Origin: an uncultured Bifidobacteriaceae bacterium
GTDB taxonomy: Bacteria; Acidobacteriota; Vicinamibacteria; Vicinamibacterales; UBA2999
Assembly (NCBI GenBank): GCA_964535675.1
Contig: CAZHTD010000004.1
Coordinates: 31,447-95,446, forward strand
Direction: 5' to 3'
Length of the DNA stretch: 64,000 nt
The notes beneath the pieces were generated by a model. It was not told where the DNA came from, ran no database searches, and worked only from the letters and a program-made list of their open reading frames with translations. Positions 1 through 8,311 of the stretch are shown in pieces. The translations under genes were made by a program, and so were the position numbers. Within the stretch, counting starts at the first letter, position 1, and each line of letters starts with the position of its first letter.

Positions 1-1
1 C

Positions 2-595
2 CTTGCCAGTGCGGTGCCCGCGCCTGCGGGTGGCTATGCCGCGCAGGTGCACGCGGCTCTGGCCGCGCGCGGTGCGGCGTTCCCGCAGGAGATCGCCACA
101 CGCACGAAGATGATCCCGACACAGGTCGAGGCCGGTCTCGCCGAGCTGGTGGCCCGCGGGCTGGCCACGTGCGACTCGTTCGCAGGCCTGCGCGGCATGC
201 TGGTGCCGCCATCACGCCGGCGAGGCCAGGCGCCGAGCGTGGGCCGCTGGTCGTTACTGCGAGAGAGCGCGGACGATCCCGGCTCGATCACCATGGTGGC
301 CCGCCAGCTCCTGCTCCGGTCTGGCGTCGTGTTCCGCAAGACGATCGAGCGCGAGCGCATCCCAGTGCCATGGTGGCAGCTCGTGCGCGAGCTGCGCACC
401 CTGGAGGCGCGGGGCGACGTGCGCGGCGGCCGGTTCGTGGCGGGGTTCGACGGCGAGCAGTATGCGCTGCCCGAAGCCGTAGCGCTGCTGCGCGTGGTGC
501 GGAAGCGGGGCGGCACGCCGGCGACGGTGACCGAGGCGGACCCGCTCTTCTACCGCGGTGTGCTCACGCCGGCCGCCGGTACGAAGACAGCCTAG
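2..595 (+). CDS. lhr: Lhr-type ATP-dependent helicase, C-terminal end (the 5' part lies upstream of the window)
   Basis: The frame is open to the window edge. The tail GRWSLL...VVFRKTIERERIPVPWWQLVRELRTLEARGDVRGGRFVAGFDGEQYALPEAV matches the conserved Lhr C-terminus as I recall it. Confidence 0.7.
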   Translation, partial: LASAVPAPAGGYAAQVHAALAARGAAFPQEIATRTKMIPTQVEAGLAELVARGLATCDSFAGLRGMLVPPSRRRGQAPSVGRWSLLRESADDPGSITMVARQLLLRSGVVFRKTIERERIPVPWWQLVRELRTLEARGDVRGGRFVAGFDGEQYALPEAVALLRVVRKRGGTPATVTEADPLFYRGVLTPAAGTKTA

Positions 596-636
596 CGCAG
601 GTCGTCGTGGCGCCAGGGGTCCGCCCGGCCGGCGCC

Positions 637-1209
637 TCACGCTACTCGGCCTCGCGAGGCGCCTTCGGACGACCCGGCCCCAGTCATCTTCGCGCGCACC
701 ACTCCGCGCAGCCACGCGGGAACCGTTCCCCGGCATGGGGGTAACGGGTCGCAGGCCAGCAGATACAGCAACGCCGTCGTCAGCACGAGCAGCACGGACG
801 TCAGGAGCGCGAGCTGCACGGCGAATCTCGTGTACAGCCAGTAGAGGGGGTAGCCAAGGAAGATCGACACCGTGAGGAACGAGATCCGCAGCGGCGCGTC
901 GCGGAGGCGGCGAGGGTTCCGTAGGCCCCGCGAGATGCGCTCGTAGGCGTTCCGCTCAGAGGTTTCGATCGACACTTTGAAGACGGTCTGGCTGAGCAGG
1001 TACAGGACGGCGAGGCAGAAGATCCCCACCACGATCCGCGTGCCGCGGGTCCCGAACTGGACAAACGCCCCCGCCCAGACGAAGTACACGACGATGCTGA
1101 GGTTGGTGAGCTGGAGGGCCAGCCACACATTCGTGCGGCCGGTGAGCGCCTGGAACCGGCGGACGAGCCGCTCCGTGAGGTCCAGGAGTGCGGCATCGAC
1201 GGCGGTCAA
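637..1209 (-). CDS. hypothetical polytopic membrane protein (190 aa)
   Basis: Several hydrophobic spans (VWLALQLTNLSIVVYFVWAGAFV, IVVGIFCLAVLYLLSQTVF, FLTVSIFLGYPLYWLY, LLTSVLLVLTTALLYLLA). The start lies 8 nt after the hemD stop on the same strand. Confidence 0.55.
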   Translation of the reverse strand: MTAVDAALLDLTERLVRRFQALTGRTNVWLALQLTNLSIVVYFVWAGAFVQFGTRGTRIVVGIFCLAVLYLLSQTVFKVSIETSERNAYERISRGLRNPRRLRDAPLRISFLTVSIFLGYPLYWLYTRFAVQLALLTSVLLVLTTALLYLLACDPLPPCRGTVPAWLRGVVRAKMTGAGSSEGASRGRVA

Positions 1210-1216
1210 TGCTGTA

Positions 1217-2101
1217 TCAGCCCCCGGCCGGTCCGGGAGACTCCCCGGGACCTGTTCCGCGCCTGGAGGCGAGGATGCCGGAAGCCCGCGCGGCCGCCTC
1301 CTTCACCAGAACGCCCATCTTCGGGCGGCTTGGCTCGACGTCGGGCTCAAGGCCGGCCTGGCGCAGTGCCTCGGTCGTGGACGGACCGATCGACGCCACG
1401 ACCATGCCCGTCAGACCCGTCCGCACCGTCGCCTCGACACCGCGGGTCGCGGCGACTTGCAGCAAATGCACGACCTGCACGCCCGTGGTGAACATCACCA
1501 CGTCGAAGGCCGAGGCGGCGATGCCGTCCACGGCAGCCTCCAGCGGGGCGAGATCCTCGGGCAGGGCCCAACGATACACGGGAACCGCGGTGACGGCTGC
1601 GCCACGGGCCTCGAGGGCCGCGACCAGCGCGAAGTTGGGCACCCCGTACTCTTGCACCGCAACGCGCCACCCCCGGACCCCCTCTCGGCCGGCACGATGG
1701 TCGAGCGCGCGCACCAGCTCCTGCCACGTGTTCGGCTCGGGCGCGGTGACCCACGGCGCCACGCCAATCTCCCGCAGGGCGGCTACCGGCTTGGGGCCGC
1801 GGGCGGCAATCTTCACCCGGCCCAGCGCCTCGATGAAGCCGTCCCGATTGCCCCGGCGCTCGACCACCTTGACGAGCGTGCGCGTGCCGACCCCGGTGAG
1901 CAGCACCACCAAGTCGTAGGCGCCGTCCTCCAGCGCCTCGGCAAAGGCCACCGCGTGGGGGTTCGACGCGAGCGGCACTTCCCGGAGAGCCGGCGCGGCA
2001 ACGGGCTGTCCCCCATAGGTCTCGATCAGCGAGCCGATCTCCGCTGCGCGGCGACTCTCCAGGGTCAGGACACGGAGCCCACGGAAGCTTTCAGCAGGCA
2101 T
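1217..2101 (-). CDS. hemD: uroporphyrinogen-III synthase
   Basis: 294 aa. The N-terminus LRVLTLESRRAAEIGSLIETYGGQPVAAPALREVPL and the two-lobed HemD-like repeat (DLVVLLTGVGTR ... DVVMFTTGVQV) are typical of the HemD family. Confidence 0.7.
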   Translation of the reverse strand: MPAESFRGLRVLTLESRRAAEIGSLIETYGGQPVAAPALREVPLASNPHAVAFAEALEDGAYDLVVLLTGVGTRTLVKVVERRGNRDGFIEALGRVKIAARGPKPVAALREIGVAPWVTAPEPNTWQELVRALDHRAGREGVRGWRVAVQEYGVPNFALVAALEARGAAVTAVPVYRWALPEDLAPLEAAVDGIAASAFDVVMFTTGVQVVHLLQVAATRGVEATVRTGLTGMVVASIGPSTTEALRQAGLEPDVEPSRPKMGVLVKEAAARASGILASRRGTGPGESPGPAGG

Positions 2102-2140
2102 TCCGCACCTGAAGCCAGCAGTGCGATCCCTTCCGCGCGA

Positions 2141-3325
2141 CTAAGTGGCGGGCCCCGAGCCGGCCAACCGGAGGTAGGCCTCCTCACTATGCTGGCTGAT
2201 GTCGAGGCCCGCGTTCTCGTCCTCACCGCTTGCGCGCAGCGGCAGCACCAGGCCGATCAGCTTCAGCAGGATGAACGTCCCCACCCCGCAGTACACCGCC
2301 ACGGCGGCCACGGCCAGCGCCTGCACCCCGACGTTGCCGCCACCAATGGCGAAGAGACCCGTGAGCAGCGCACCCACCATCCCGCCCACGCCGTGCGCGG
2401 CCACCACGTCCAGCGAGTCGTCGAGGCCCGAATTCCCGCGCCAGTTCAGCGCGAAATAACTTGGCACGGCGGCAATGGCGCCGAGGGCGATGGCACTCAT
2501 TGGACTCACGAAGCCCGCGGCGGGGGTGACGGCCACGAGTCCGACGACAATAGCCGTCGCCGCGCCGACTGCCGTCGGCCGTCCGGAGCGGACGGCGTCG
2601 AGCAGGGTCCAGACGACCAGCGTCGCCGCCGGCGCCAGCATCGTTGTCGTAAATGCCAGCGCCGCATTCTCGTCCGCCGCCAGGGCACTGCCGGCGTTGA
2701 AGCCGAACCAGCCGAACCACAGTAGCCCCGCACCGAGCAGCGTGAACGGCACGTTGTGGGGCACATGCGACGGCGAGGGATACCCGCTGCGGCGTCCCAC
2801 GACCAGCGCGGCGACCAACGCCGCCACACCCGCGTTGACGTGCACCACGGTCCCGCCCGCGAAGTCGAGCGCGCCGAGGTCGGCGAGCCATCCCCCGCCC
2901 CACACCCAGTGCGCCACCGGCGAGTAGATCAGCGCGGACCACAGCACGATGAACAATACGTAGGCCGAAAAGCGCATGCGCTCGACGATCGCGCCCGAGA
3001 TGAGCGCGGCGGTGATGATGGCGAACGTGCCCTGGAACGCCATGAACAGCAGGTGCGGGATCGAGCCTTCGGGATCAAGCGTCACCCCGGAGAGGAACGC
3101 CATCGAGAGGTTGCCCACCAGCGGGCCGCCGTCACCAAAGGCCAGGGAGTAGCCCACGAACGCCCAGACCACGCTGATGAAGCCAAGCGAGATGAAGCTC
3201 ATCATGATCGTGTTGAGCACGTTCTTCGACCGGACGAGTCCGCCGTAAAAGAAGGACAGCCCCGGCGTCATCAGCAGCACCAAGGCGGTGGCAACGAGCA
3301 TCCAAGCAGTGTCGGCCTGATTCAT
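2141..3325 (-). CDS. amt: ammonium transporter (Amt family)
   Basis: 394 aa and about 11 TM segments. Amt hallmarks are present: DTAWMLVATALVLLMTPGLSFFYGGLVRSKN, DFAGGTVVHVNAGVAALV, WFGWFGFNAGSA, VVAAHGVGGMVGALLTG. Confidence 0.93.
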   Translation of the reverse strand: MNQADTAWMLVATALVLLMTPGLSFFYGGLVRSKNVLNTIMMSFISLGFISVVWAFVGYSLAFGDGGPLVGNLSMAFLSGVTLDPEGSIPHLLFMAFQGTFAIITAALISGAIVERMRFSAYVLFIVLWSALIYSPVAHWVWGGGWLADLGALDFAGGTVVHVNAGVAALVAALVVGRRSGYPSPSHVPHNVPFTLLGAGLLWFGWFGFNAGSALAADENAALAFTTTMLAPAATLVVWTLLDAVRSGRPTAVGAATAIVVGLVAVTPAAGFVSPMSAIALGAIAAVPSYFALNWRGNSGLDDSLDVVAAHGVGGMVGALLTGLFAIGGGNVGVQALAVAAVAVYCGVGTFILLKLIGLVLPLRASGEDENAGLDISQHSEEAYLRLAGSGPAT

Positions 3326-3397
3326 TCCTCACCTCGTCGCGGTCGGTTGGGGTGGCCGCCCAGCCGGGCGGGCGCGACACTCGCGCACGCCTATTGT

Positions 3398-3413
3398 CGC
3401 GAAAACGGCACCA
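3398..3413 (-). promoter_or_regulatory. candidate sigma-54-type (-24/-12) promoter upstream of amt
   Basis: The minus strand reads TGGTGCCGTTTTCGCG, which has GG-N10-GC spacing like TGGCAC-N5-TTGC. It sits about 75-90 nt upstream of the amt start and is embedded between two ATTGTCG direct repeats (3393-3399 and 3413-3419). Confidence 0.25.
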
Positions 3414-3631
3414 TTGTCGAGCCCGATTGACACCCGCGGCGCGGGCACATGCCAGAAGTGCTTACGCACACGGCATGTAGCGTGCATGACAGGGGGGTGC
3501 AGGTTTCCAGCAGCGGGTCGGCCGTCGGAGCCAGCGCGTCGGGAGTCTACGCCTCGATCGCCTCAAGGGCCGCGACCGCGATGGCAGCCAGCACGAGCGC
3601 CCCACTGATCGGCGTCTTGCTCCCGCTCGTC

Positions 3632-5161
3632 TCAGCGCACGCGCTGCGCAGGCGCGAGCGCGGGCAGCGAGATCCGGAACGTCGTACCGTCAGGCCCCGT
3701 CGCGGCCAGCGTGAGCGAGCCGCGGTTGGCCTCTACCCAGCGCCTCGCGATCGACAGCCCGAGCCCAACGCCCCCGACCTCCCCAGACGCGCTGCCGCGC
3801 GAGAAGCGCTCGAACAGGCGTGGCAGCACCGACTCGGGTACGCCGGGGCCCTCGTCGATCACCTCGACAATCGCGCGCTCGCTGAGGTGGGCGAGGCAGA
3901 TGCGGACACGCCCGCGCTCGGGGCTGAACTTGATCGCGTTGTGGACCAGATTGATGAGCGCCTGACGCAGCACGACGCGGTCGCCGCAACAGCGCAGCTC
4001 CCCCGTGCCCTCAATAGCGATGGTCTGCCCCTTCTCCTCGGCGAGCACGCCCAGATGGGTTGCCACGTCCTTGGCCAAGCCCGGCAGGTCGACGACCTCG
4101 GCGGGCGAGCGGCCCTCTTCGGTCTCAGCCCGCGACAGTGTCAGCAGCCGATCGACCAGTGACGACAGACGGTCGCCCTCTTCAAGCATGCTGCCAATGA
4201 TGCGCCGGTAGGTCACCTCGTCGCGCGGCTCGCGCAAGCCCACTTCACCGACGCTCTGGATCGCCGTCAGCGGTGTGCGTAGCTCGTGCGACACGTCGGT
4301 GGTGAACCGTCGCATCTGCTCGAATGACGCCTCGAGCCGGCCGAGCGTCTCATTGAACACGGTGGCCAAGTGTCCCATCTCGTCGTCAGCGTTCTCCACC
4401 GGCAACCGGTCGTGCAGCCGCTCGGCGCTGATGGTGCGCGCGCGGGCCGCCATGTCGTCCACGGGGCCGAGTGCCCGGCGGGCCAGCGTGTAGCCGCCGA
4501 CCCCGGCCACGCCTACGCTCAGCGGCAGCCCGAGCAGGAGGATCAGCAGCAGGTCATTCATCTCCTGCCGGACCGCGACCTCCGAGCGGGCGACCTGGAT
4601 CACCACCGACAGCGGCGCGACGACCGCCGACCCGGCGGGGGTCGCCGTCGGGCAGGTGAACACGCCGTTGATGAGCCTCGGCTGGGCGGTGCCTGGCGGG
4701 CACACCTGGACGTGCCGCGTCAGCACGCGCATCGGGATGTCGCCCGCCAGCCGCGAGGAGTACCCGTCCTCCTGCACGGGGCGCAACGCGAGCGTGCGGC
4801 TGTCTGCCACCTCAAGGCCCGTGGTACCCGGGCTGCGGTACAGGAGCGCGCCTTCCGGGCTCCAGACCTGGAGCCACGGCCCGGCACCGAGCGTCTCGCT
4901 GCTCTCGAAGGCGATGGCCAGCGCCTCGGTCTCCACCTCCTCGCACAGTGGGCACTCAAACGTCCCATCCCGCTGGGGAGCCACGACCGCTGCCGCCCAT
5001 TGAAAGTCGCCGATCAGCTGCTGGTCGATCGGCCCCAACAGGTTGCGCGTGGTGGAGGCGAACACCACCGCGGCGTACACCGCGAGCACGACCCCCATGA
5101 CCAGCAGGTGCCACAGCGTTAGCTGCAGGCGCAGGCGGCGCGCTCGCCACCACCGCGTCAC
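3632..5161 (-). CDS. sensor histidine kinase (CusS/heavy-metal-sensor-like architecture)
   Basis: Two TM segments flank a periplasmic domain, followed by HAMP. The H-box is FTTDVSHELRTPLT and the HATPase region carries LINLVHNAIKFSP ... DEGPGV ... GGVGLGLSI. GTG start in a GTGA overlap with the regulator's stop. Confidence 0.9.
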   Translation of the reverse strand: MTRWWRARRLRLQLTLWHLLVMGVVLAVYAAVVFASTTRNLLGPIDQQLIGDFQWAAAVVAPQRDGTFECPLCEEVETEALAIAFESSETLGAGPWLQVWSPEGALLYRSPGTTGLEVADSRTLALRPVQEDGYSSRLAGDIPMRVLTRHVQVCPPGTAQPRLINGVFTCPTATPAGSAVVAPLSVVIQVARSEVAVRQEMNDLLLILLLGLPLSVGVAGVGGYTLARRALGPVDDMAARARTISAERLHDRLPVENADDEMGHLATVFNETLGRLEASFEQMRRFTTDVSHELRTPLTAIQSVGEVGLREPRDEVTYRRIIGSMLEEGDRLSSLVDRLLTLSRAETEEGRSPAEVVDLPGLAKDVATHLGVLAEEKGQTIAIEGTGELRCCGDRVVLRQALINLVHNAIKFSPERGRVRICLAHLSERAIVEVIDEGPGVPESVLPRLFERFSRGSASGEVGGVGLGLSIARRWVEANRGSLTLAATGPDGTTFRISLPALAPAQRVR

Positions 5162-5841
5162 GGCTCCCCCTCCCGCAGGACGAAACCCACGCCGCGCACG
5201 GTGTGGATCAACTTGGTCCTGTCCTCCTGGTCGACTTTGCGGCGAAGGCGGGCAATGTGGACGTCGATGACGTTGTCGAGCGGTGTGGTCCGCGCGGTCT
5301 CCTTCCAGACGTCACGCGCCAGCATCTCGCGGGAGACTACCTGTCCCTCGTGGCGCAACAGGTACTCGAGCAGCTCGAACTCCCGCACCGTGAGCTCCAC
5401 GGGCTGGCCGCCCCGCGCCACCGCGCGCGCGATCAGGTCCATCTCGAGATCGCCGAGCGCGAAGCGAGTGGTCTCGGCACCGCGGCCGCGCCGCAGCAGC
5501 GCCCTGACCCGGGCGAGCAGTTCGGCAAAGGCGAACGGCTTGACCAGATAGTCGTCGGCGCCGGCGTCGAGTCCTCGGACCCGGTCGTCGAGCGAGTCGC
5601 GCGCCGTAAGCACCAGCACCGGCGTCCCGACACCACGGTCGCGCAACGTCCGCAGGATCTGGAGCCCGTCGCGCCCGGGCAGGCCGAGGTCCAGCAGGAT
5701 CAGGTCGAAGGTCTCCGTGGTACTCCGGAAGAAGGCCCCCTCCCCCGTCCGCTCCACGACGACCTCATAGTCCTCGCTCTCAAGCCCCTCGCGGAGCGCG
5801 TCGGCCACCTTGCCTTCGTCTTCGACGACGAGCACGCGCAT
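5158..5841 (-). CDS. OmpR-family response regulator (CusR/CopR-like)
   Basis: Real start at MRVLVVEDEG (ATG 5839-5841); the longer track ORF is an artefactual extension. Receiver domain (DLILLDLGLPGRDG, KPF) plus winged-helix output domain (LTVREFELLEYLLRH ... VHIARLRRKV). Confidence 0.92.
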   Translation of the reverse strand: MRVLVVEDEGKVADALREGLESEDYEVVVERTGEGAFFRSTTETFDLILLDLGLPGRDGLQILRTLRDRGVGTPVLVLTARDSLDDRVRGLDAGADDYLVKPFAFAELLARVRALLRRGRGAETTRFALGDLEMDLIARAVARGGQPVELTVREFELLEYLLRHEGQVVSREMLARDVWKETARTTPLDNVIDVHIARLRRKVDQEDRTKLIHTVRGVGFVLREGEP

Positions 5842-6359
5842 GCTGATCCACGATATTAGCCGACCCAGGCGCGGCGGCCTGCAGCATGCGTCCGCGGGCG
5901 GGCGCTGCAGCCGGCAAGCCACGTGCGGGTGCCAGCCGTCGAGCCCGGCTGGACTGAGACGCAGTTCGCCGCCCGCGCGCGGCAGGCCCAGGCGCGGATC
6001 ACAACCGCGACCCGTACCAGCTCAACCTCACGTTTCCGATGCAGGGCGAACTCCGCGGCGAGTGCGTGCTGACCCGGGCCGACGTCGCGCGGGCGGCGCA
6101 GCTCTGGATCAGCACCAGCGTGCGCGAATGGATCGAGGCCCTGCTCGTGCGGTAGGCTGGCGAAACGCCGCACGTGCCGCGCACCGCGTGAGGGGTGCGC
6201 GTCGGAAACAGGCCTTGTGCGTGCACGGCCTCCAGGGCCGAAGGCCTCCCGGGCTCCACCGCGAGCGGCCGAGGGCATACCCCTACTGCCTCGCGTGAGA
6301 GATTGAAGGGGATGAGGGCGGTTGTGAAGCGTGACGCCGCGCCACAGAGGGAGTTCCAG

Positions 6360-6395
6360 ATGACACGACTGATTCACGACAAGGTCAATCCGTAG
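6360..6395 (+). promoter_or_regulatory. candidate leader mini-ORF (MTRLIHDKVNP; alternative 27-aa form from ATG 6312)
   Basis: ATG 6360 is preceded by GAGGGAG at about 7 nt. It stops 46 nt before the terminator hairpin and lies in the 5' region of the ABC exporter operon. Confidence 0.2.
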
Positions 6396-6440
6396 CGAGC
6401 GAGCGCCTCACCCACCGGCCAGCACCCGCAGCCGGCACCA

Positions 6441-6473
6441 AGAGCCCGCTCCTCTCAGGCGGGCTTTCTTCTG
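6441..6473 (+). terminator. intrinsic-terminator-like hairpin plus T-rich tail upstream of the ABC exporter genes
   Basis: AGAGCCCGC (6441-6449), a 9-nt loop, then GCGGGCTTT (6459-6467), followed by TTTCTTCTGT. This is unusually canonical for such GC-rich DNA. It lies 66 nt upstream of GTG 6539. Confidence 0.45.
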
Positions 6474-6538
6474 TACGGTCTCCGCCCGACGAAGCCCGCT
6501 CCTGAAGCGTCGATCTGCGGAGAACGACGGAGGCTGTT

Positions 6539-8311
6539 GTGCACCTCAAGGAACAGCAAACGCTCTGGGACCTCACCCAGAACCATCGCGTCCGGTACAC
6601 CGCGGCGATCGCGTCGATGGGCGTGTCGAACGTGTTCCTGTTCGGCGTGCCTCTCGTCTCCCGATACGCCATCGACGAGGTGGCCACCGGCCGTCCGGTT
6701 CCGTGGCTGGCCGCGGTGGCCATCGTGTGCCTGACCGCCAGCGCGGGCATCTTTCAGTACCTCCGTGGTCGCTGGGCGGCGCTCGCCTCGGAGGGCATCG
6801 CCCGGGCGATCCGCGATCGCCTGTTCGGCCACTTGCAGTGCCTGCCGGCCGCGTACCACGACCGATCCGGCACCGGCGACCTCGTCCAGCGGTGCTCGTC
6901 GGACGTGGAGACCGTTCGGGTGTTCCTGTCGGGGCAGGTCGTGGAGATTGGACGCTCCACGCTCCTGTTCCTGATGGTCGTGCCCGTGCTGCTGTGGATG
7001 GACGTAGCGCTGACGCTCGTCTCGATCTGTCTGTTCCCGATCATCTTCCTGTTCGCGGTGGCGTTCTTCCGCCGGATCCAGCACCTCTTCCTGCGCTCGG
7101 ATGAGGCTGAGGGGGCGATGACGACCGTGCTGCAGGAGAACCTGACAGGGATGCGCGTGGTGCGCGCTTTCGCGCGGCAGGAGTTCGAGTGCGAGAAGTT
7201 CGCCGTGAAGAATGCGGCGTTCCGAGACCGCACGGATCAACTGATTCGTTTTCTCGCAGCCTATTGGGCGACATCGGACCTCCTCTGCTTGGCACAGCTC
7301 GTGCTGTTGCTGCTGGTCGGCACGTGGTGGATGGCAAGCGGAGATCTCTCCGTCGGGACGCTGTTTGCCTTCCAGCTGCTCGTGAACTTCGTGCTCTGGC
7401 CCGTGCGGCACCTGGGGCGCGTCCTGACCGACACGGGCAAAGCGATGGTGTCACTACGCCGGATCCGGGAGGTCCTCGATGTCCCCGAAGAGCTCACTCC
7501 GCGGGCTACGCCCGCAGGCCCCGAACGGCTTGACGGCCGCATCGACGTTCGCGATCTCAGCTTCGGATTCGAGCCGGGACGTCCCGTGCTGTCTGAGGTG
7601 TCATTCTCGGTGCAACCTGGCGAGACGCTCGCCCTCGTGGGACCGCCGGGATCGGGCAAGTCCGTCCTGGTGCACCTGCTGCTGCGCCTCTACGACTACG
7701 AGCATGGCTCGATCCGGCTCGATGGCCACGAGCTGTCGACGCTCGCGCGCGATTTCGTTCGCCGGCGTATCGGCGTCGTGCTGCAGGAGCCGTTCCTCTT
7801 CTCGAAGACCCTGGCGGCGAACATCCGCGTGGGGCACGGTGACGCGCACTGGGATCAGCTCGTGGAGTCGTCGCAAGACGCGGGCATTCACGCGACGATC
7901 GAGGGGTTCGACCACGGCTACGAGACGCTCGTCGGCGAGCGCGGCGTCACGCTCTCGGGTGGACAGCGTCAGCGCATTGCCATCGCGCAGGTGCTCCTGA
8001 AGAACCCAGACGTCCTCGTGCTCGACGATGCCCTGAGTGCGGTCGATACGCACATGGAGCCGCGGATTCTCGAGGCACTGCAACGCCGGCGCGGACGCCA
8101 GACCACGATCGTCATCGCCCATCGCCTATCGACGATCACACATGCCGAGCGGATCCTTGTGCTCGATCGCGGCCGGATCGTGCAGACGGGCACGCACACC
8201 GAGTTGGCTGAGCAGCAGGGGCCGTACCGCCAGCTGTGGCGGATCCAGGGAGTACTGGAGCGTGAGCTGCAGCAGGACATGGGACCTGCCGCAGCGGGAC
8301 CCGGGCGATGA
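6539..8311 (+). CDS. ABC exporter half-transporter (TMD-NBD), subunit with the degenerate ATPase site
   Basis: 590 aa with six TM segments plus an NBD. Walker A GPPGSGKS, signature LSGGQRQR, Walker B VLVLDDA (no catalytic Glu). GGAGG lies 6 nt upstream of the GTG start. Confidence 0.93.
   Translation: MHLKEQQTLWDLTQNHRVRYTAAIASMGVSNVFLFGVPLVSRYAIDEVATGRPVPWLAAVAIVCLTASAGIFQYLRGRWAALASEGIARAIRDRLFGHLQCLPAAYHDRSGTGDLVQRCSSDVETVRVFLSGQVVEIGRSTLLFLMVVPVLLWMDVALTLVSICLFPIIFLFAVAFFRRIQHLFLRSDEAEGAMTTVLQENLTGMRVVRAFARQEFECEKFAVKNAAFRDRTDQLIRFLAAYWATSDLLCLAQLVLLLLVGTWWMASGDLSVGTLFAFQLLVNFVLWPVRHLGRVLTDTGKAMVSLRRIREVLDVPEELTPRATPAGPERLDGRIDVRDLSFGFEPGRPVLSEVSFSVQPGETLALVGPPGSGKSVLVHLLLRLYDYEHGSIRLDGHELSTLARDFVRRRIGVVLQEPFLFSKTLAANIRVGHGDAHWDQLVESSQDAGIHATIEGFDHGYETLVGERGVTLSGGQRQRIAIAQVLLKNPDVLVLDDALSAVDTHMEPRILEALQRRRGRQTTIVIAHRLSTITHAERILVLDRGRIVQTGTHTELAEQQGPYRQLWRIQGVLERELQQDMGPAAAGPGR

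Noticed and set aside
977-2725. 582-aa plus-strand ORF
   Set aside because: It runs antisense across hemD and into amt. The composition is dominated by R/G/H/A and no domain is recognisable.
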